Position numbers and translations under genes: made by a program. 34,350 nt of DNA from Micromonosporaceae bacterium (lineage in GTDB: Bacteria; Actinomycetota; Actinomycetes; Mycobacteriales; Micromonosporaceae): NCBI GenBank assembly GCA_019690055.1, contig JADGGF010000001.1:1-34350 (forward strand), written 5' to 3'. Shown piece by piece: positions 31,299 through 34,350 of the stretch; the first letter of the stretch is position 1; the number at the start of each line of letters is the position of its first letter. The notes beneath the pieces are model-generated. The model saw nothing but the letters and a program-made list of their open reading frames with translations, was not told the origin of the DNA and did no database searches.

Positions 31299-32594
31299 CA
31301 ATGAATCCTTTGTGGACGATGAACCATCCGAGGAGGACAAGGCATCCGGGGAGGTTGAGGCATCGGGGGACACGGGAAGCTTCCGGGCGAGGACGAGACC
31401 GGCGGCGCCGACCAGGAACTGCACCAGCGCGGCGAGGACCAGCATGGAGGTCGTGATCCGTACGTACGGCGGAGCCGGCAGCAGGAACAGCGCGAGCGCG
31501 AGGTTGGCCATGACGACCCGTTGCGGACCGCGTCGCTCCAGCCGCTCGATGGCGTGCCGTACCCGGGTGGGACCGCCGCCGAGGGCCATCGGCAGCAGGT
31601 AGCTGAGCGCGCCGATCAGGGTCTGGGCGGCGAACCCGGCCAGCAGCGGCACCAGTACGCCGCCGAAGCGGTCGGCCGCGCGGTCCGGACTGCCCGCGGT
31701 GACCAGGATGGCGGCGTCGGCCCCGAGCGCGACCAGCAACCACAACGCCCCGGCGGCGATCGACCAGGCCGCGAACGACGCGGGCCGCTTCTGCCGCGCC
31801 GCCTGCACCGCTGGCCGGGCGGTGACGACCACCGCGGCGGCGACCAGGGCGAGGCCACTGACCGCGAGGGCGGGCCACCAGGCGAGGACGGCGACGGCGA
31901 GCAGCGCCAAGCCGGCGACGGCCAGCGGCAGGGCCGTTCGGGCGGCGGCGACCGCGCCGTCGACGATGCGGGTCCGCAGGATCGTGGGCCACAGCGTGAG
32001 CACGGTGCCCAGCACGGTGAGCGTGACCCACCCGAGCAGGTTGACGTGGGCGTGGAACAACACCAGACGCGGTCGCGCGGCGTCGTCGACCACCAGCATC
32101 CACGCGCCCACCGGGATTCCCACCAGCACGGACACGGTGGCCGCCACGTAGTAGTGCACGGTGACCGCGTACCGGGACGGCAGCGCGGCGCGCAGCCGAC
32201 CGCCCAGCCACAGCAGGTGCGCTCCCACGGCGGCGAAGACGGCGACCGCGCCGGCGACGCCGAACCACGGCCTCGGCCCGACGCCGCCGACCAGGACGGC
32301 CAGCACGCCGACGTTGAGGAGCGCGAGCCGGGCCGTTTCGCCCCGGCGGCTCGTCGGCGGCGGGATGCGCAGCAGGGCGGCGGTGAAGTGCGCGCTCCAG
32401 ACAACGATCGCGTTGGTGACCGCGCCGAGCAGCAGCAGATGGACGGCCAACCACCGCCACTCCGGCAGGAACGGGTGGGCGAGGCCGACCACCACGATGC
32501 CGGCCAGGTAGGCCAGGGGCAGCAGGCCGGCCCGGCGATGCCAGCCCGCGCGCCCCGTACCGGATCCCGGGGCGTCGGTGGCGATCGCGGTCAT
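29928..32594 (-). CDS. nirK: 888-codon ORF: polytopic membrane domain + Ser-rich linker + TM anchor + cupredoxin + two-domain copper nitrite reductase (NirK)
   Basis: The ATG at 32594 overlaps the stop of the upstream gene (ATGA). There is no stop in this frame down to 29928. The N-terminal half has hydrophobic TM segments. The C-terminal half carries a cupredoxin (HDLVL...WCSLPGHRQAGM) and NirK motifs (DHGIDFHAG, MYHCSTMPMLMHVGNGMYG, HIVGAQFD). An alternative independent NirK start is the ATG at 31298. Confidence 0.6.
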   Translation of the reverse strand: MTAIATDAPGSGTGRAGWHRRAGLLPLAYLAGIVVVGLAHPFLPEWRWLAVHLLLLGAVTNAIVVWSAHFTAALLRIPPPTSRRGETARLALLNVGVLAVLVGGVGPRPWFGVAGAVAVFAAVGAHLLWLGGRLRAALPSRYAVTVHYYVAATVSVLVGIPVGAWMLVVDDAARPRLVLFHAHVNLLGWVTLTVLGTVLTLWPTILRTRIVDGAVAAARTALPLAVAGLALLAVAVLAWWPALAVSGLALVAAAVVVTARPAVQAARQKRPASFAAWSIAAGALWLLVALGADAAILVTAGSPDRAADRFGGVLVPLLAGFAAQTLIGALSYLLPMALGGGPTRVRHAIERLERRGPQRVVMANLALALFLLPAPPYVRITTSMLVLAALVQFLVGAAGLVLARKLPVSPDASTSPDALSSSDGSSSTKDSLMSSNAVPAPGRTLGSAAAGVGLVLLAVLVGVAGQHLTDPSAGGSSALAAPVAATGRTTTVTVVAEGMRYHPDRITVPAGDRLVIELVNHDNRRHDLVLANGARTETIDRGGTARLDAGIIGGTVEGWCSLPGHRQAGMTLTIEVSGSGDEHHHTGEPSGSASGPPRIDAMADPGPDFVARDATAPAVAPERLHRLELRVQEVVREVAPGVTQRLWTFNGTAPGPVLRGRVGDTFEITLVNDGTVDHGIDFHAGALAPDEPMRPIEPGERLTYRFTATKAGIWMYHCSTMPMLMHVGNGMYGAVIIDPPDLPAVDREYVLVQSEFYLGPEGEPGDYAAMQAERPDAVVFNGYVSQYVHRPLAATAGERVRIWVLNAGPNRSSAFHIVGAQFDTVYREGRYELRPGDPGGAQVLDLAPAAGGFVETVLAEPGHYPFVSHSMVDAERGARGVIAVEAAS
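31380..32594 (-). other. N-terminal polytopic His-containing membrane domain of the long ORF (function unknown; NnrS-like is only a guess)
   Basis: About 400 aa of TM helices. Motifs LAVHLLLLGAVTNAIVVWSAHF and LFHAHVNLLGWVTLTVLGTVLTLWP. Confidence 0.5.
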
Positions 32595-33811
32595 CGGGCC
32601 GCTCCCGACACGATCGGGCCCGACTCGATCGGACGAGCGGCGGCCCGGTCGACGCCGGGGCCGGCCGCGGTCGGGCGCCGGCGGCCGGCCCGTACGGAGA
32701 GGGCGGCGGCGCAGACGGCGAAGCCGACGACGGCGGCCACGGTGGCGGCGCCGGCCCACCGCCACACCGCGGCCACGCCCAAGCCGTCCCCGACCAGCAC
32801 TCGCAGCAGCAGGGCGCCGTGCAGCAGGCCGAGTGGAACGTAGAGCACCGGCCGGTACGGGAGCGGCCGCCGCAGCACGGCCGGCAGAATGACCGGGGCG
32901 TGCACAAAGATCATCGACATGGTGAAGCCTAGAAATACAGCGTGCAAGGTCGCGTCGTAGGTGGGTCCGGCGACCGTCCGGCCCTGGCCCAGCCACAGCA
33001 CGCCGGCCACGGCGAGCCAGGCGAAGCCGGTGAGCAGGCCCACCGCGACGTACCGGGGCAGACCACGGGCCCGGACCGTACGCCGGGCCACATCGAAGGT
33101 CACCAACCATCCGACCACGGCGAGCACACCGGCGCCGAACAGGTGCGCACCGACCGCCGACCACAGCGTCGCCGCGGTAGCCCCGCCGAGCAGTGCGGCG
33201 AGGGTGGCCAGAAACCAGCGATGGGGGCGTGTGCCGACGGTGGCAGCGGGCTGGCTCACCGGCGCGCCGAGCGTGGCGAGGGGGGCGAGCTCGAGGCGCT
33301 CGCCGGCGATGGTCGCGACGACGAACGTGGCCAACCATGGCACCACGTCGCCGACGGGCAGGCCGGCGAGCCACAGCAGCGCGGCGGCGTACCAGGCGAA
33401 CGCCCCCGCGGCCTGGGCGAGCAGCGCCGGACCGGGCTGACGCTGCCACAGGGCCCGGTACACGCCCAGCAGCAGCACCCCGGCCGCCGCGAGGAGGACC
33501 TTGCCCGGCAGGTTCGGTCCGGCGGCAACGAGGACAACGGCGCCAGCGCCGGCGCACGCCGGGGCGGCGAGGGCCCACCGCGCGCCGAGCGCGACCGCGC
33601 GTTCCAGCGCCACGAGGGTGCCGACGAACCCGAGGACCATCACCGGGCCGTGGACCTCCGCGAGGGCCGGCCGAAGCGGCCCCGCCGCCAGCTCGAGCTG
33701 GGGCAGCCCGAAGCCGAGCAGCAGCAGCGCACCGTACAGGCCGGCGGCCAGGGCGAGGCCGCCGCCGGCCAGCAGCGGCAGCCGCATGGTGAGCCGGGTC
33801 GGGCGCGTCAT
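32591..33811 (-). CDS. Polytopic integral membrane protein, His-containing, function unknown
   Basis: Part of ORF 32591..33952(-). The ATG at 33811 overlaps the stop of the upstream regulator gene (ATGA). 406 aa. Motifs EVHGPVMVLGFVGTLVALERA and LHAVFLGFTMSMIFVHAPVILP. Confidence 0.7.
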   Translation of the reverse strand: MTRPTRLTMRLPLLAGGGLALAAGLYGALLLLGFGLPQLELAAGPLRPALAEVHGPVMVLGFVGTLVALERAVALGARWALAAPACAGAGAVVLVAAGPNLPGKVLLAAAGVLLLGVYRALWQRQPGPALLAQAAGAFAWYAAALLWLAGLPVGDVVPWLATFVVATIAGERLELAPLATLGAPVSQPAATVGTRPHRWFLATLAALLGGATAATLWSAVGAHLFGAGVLAVVGWLVTFDVARRTVRARGLPRYVAVGLLTGFAWLAVAGVLWLGQGRTVAGPTYDATLHAVFLGFTMSMIFVHAPVILPAVLRRPLPYRPVLYVPLGLLHGALLLRVLVGDGLGVAAVWRWAGAATVAAVVGFAVCAAALSVRAGRRRPTAAGPGVDRAAARPIESGPIVSGAAR

Positions 33812-34350
33812 GGCTGTCCACTGTGGTCGGTCGGGAGCCGCAGGCGGGCCACGCAGGCGTTGGGGGCAGCGAACGGTTCCAGCACCGCCTCGCCGTCGGC
33901 GGCCCCGACGGTGCGCAGCACGCCGCGGATCACCCCGGCGTGCAGGGCGCACATGACGTCCGGCTGCTGGCCGACCAGTTCCAGGAACGGGCAGGTACGC
34001 AGGTGCACCTCGACGTCTCCCGCGTTTCCGGTCTCGCCAGCGGAGCCCCCGGTCTCGCCCGCGGAACTCCCCGCATCGCGACCCTCAGTGTCGACAGTGG
34101 AGCTTCCCGGGCCGGGAGTGGAGCTCTTGGCGTCGGGTGCGGGAGTCTCGGCGTCGCCGACGCGGTGAAGGTGCGGATCGAACCCCAGGTCCCTCAGCAC
34201 GGTGACGGTGGCATCGACCGGGCTCGTTGGCTGCGGCAGCGCCGCAGCGAGCTGCCGGCCCCACGCCTGGCCGGCCTGGGCCGCGACCGGGACGCCACCA
34301 CCGGCCGTGGCCAGATGCTCGAGCAAGGCGGCGGCGAGCGTGCGATAGGG
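33808..34350 (-). CDS. Transcriptional regulator, C-terminal part only (gene continues past the window end); ArsR-like family with a Cys-containing C-terminal domain
   Basis: The frame is open to nt 34350 (PYRTLAAALLEHLATAG...). The C-terminal LRTCPFLELV...VMCALHAGVIRGVL pattern is typical of actinobacterial wHTH regulators. Contains a 21-bp tandem repeat at 34028-34069. Confidence 0.55.
   Translation of the reverse strand, partial: PYRTLAAALLEHLATAGGGVPVAAQAGQAWGRQLAAALPQPTSPVDATVTVLRDLGFDPHLHRVGDAETPAPDAKSSTPGPGSSTVDTEGRDAGSSAGETGGSAGETGNAGDVEVHLRTCPFLELVGQQPDVMCALHAGVIRGVLRTVGAADGEAVLEPFAAPNACVARLRLPTDHSGQP

Noticed and set aside
32595-33821. N-terminal 409 codons of the 1297-aa ORF 29928..33821(-), plus 30604..32907(-) and 32942..34168(+)
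   Set aside because: This stretch is Arg/Pro/Gly-rich and overlaps the convincing TM protein in frame 32591..33811. The ATG at 32594, with its ATGA coupling, is the sensible start.

Overview
High-GC (by eye above 70%) actinobacterial chromosomal segment, densely coding. I saw no rRNA, tRNA or CRISPR array. Most of the window reads as a hypoxia/NO dormancy island of the DosR/DevR type. It holds a DosR-like NarL-family response regulator (13205-13840) and a DosS/DosT-like tandem-GAF histidine kinase (14064-15803, minus) that is translationally coupled to a CtpF-like P-type ATPase. It also holds an HspX-like alpha-crystallin, two Acg-type nitroreductases, a tandem-USP protein, a PatA-like GNAT plus NDP-forming acyl-CoA-synthetase protein, an orphan MsiK/UgpC-like ABC ATPase and a phosphoketolase. 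An ArsR gene precedes a six-gene Rv0081-Rv0087-like, group-4-hydrogenase-related membrane complex whose large subunit lacks all four [NiFe] cysteines. Palindromes of the GGGACnnnnGTCCC (DosR-box) type sit in three divergent intergenic regions. The right end carries a translationally coupled minus-strand operon: a partial regulator, a polytopic membrane protein, an uninterrupted 888-codon ORF and a YwiC-like protein. The 888-codon ORF joins a second polytopic membrane domain to a cupredoxin plus copper nitrite reductase (NirK). An Rpn-family PD-(D/E)XK nuclease gene, preceded by a palindromic insert flanked by 10-bp direct repeats, separates xfp from the nirK module. The left end has a TetR/MMPL divergent pair and an SRPBCC+TetR pair. 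Other structure includes a 29-nt near-identical inverted pair bracketing about 19 kb, several in-frame tandem repeats (30 bp x6 in the ATPase, 36 bp x2 in the HyfF-like subunit, 21 bp x2 in the regulator), and a low-GC convergent spacer with an 18-bp tandem repeat. All functional calls rest on motif recognition by eye. No database search was run.
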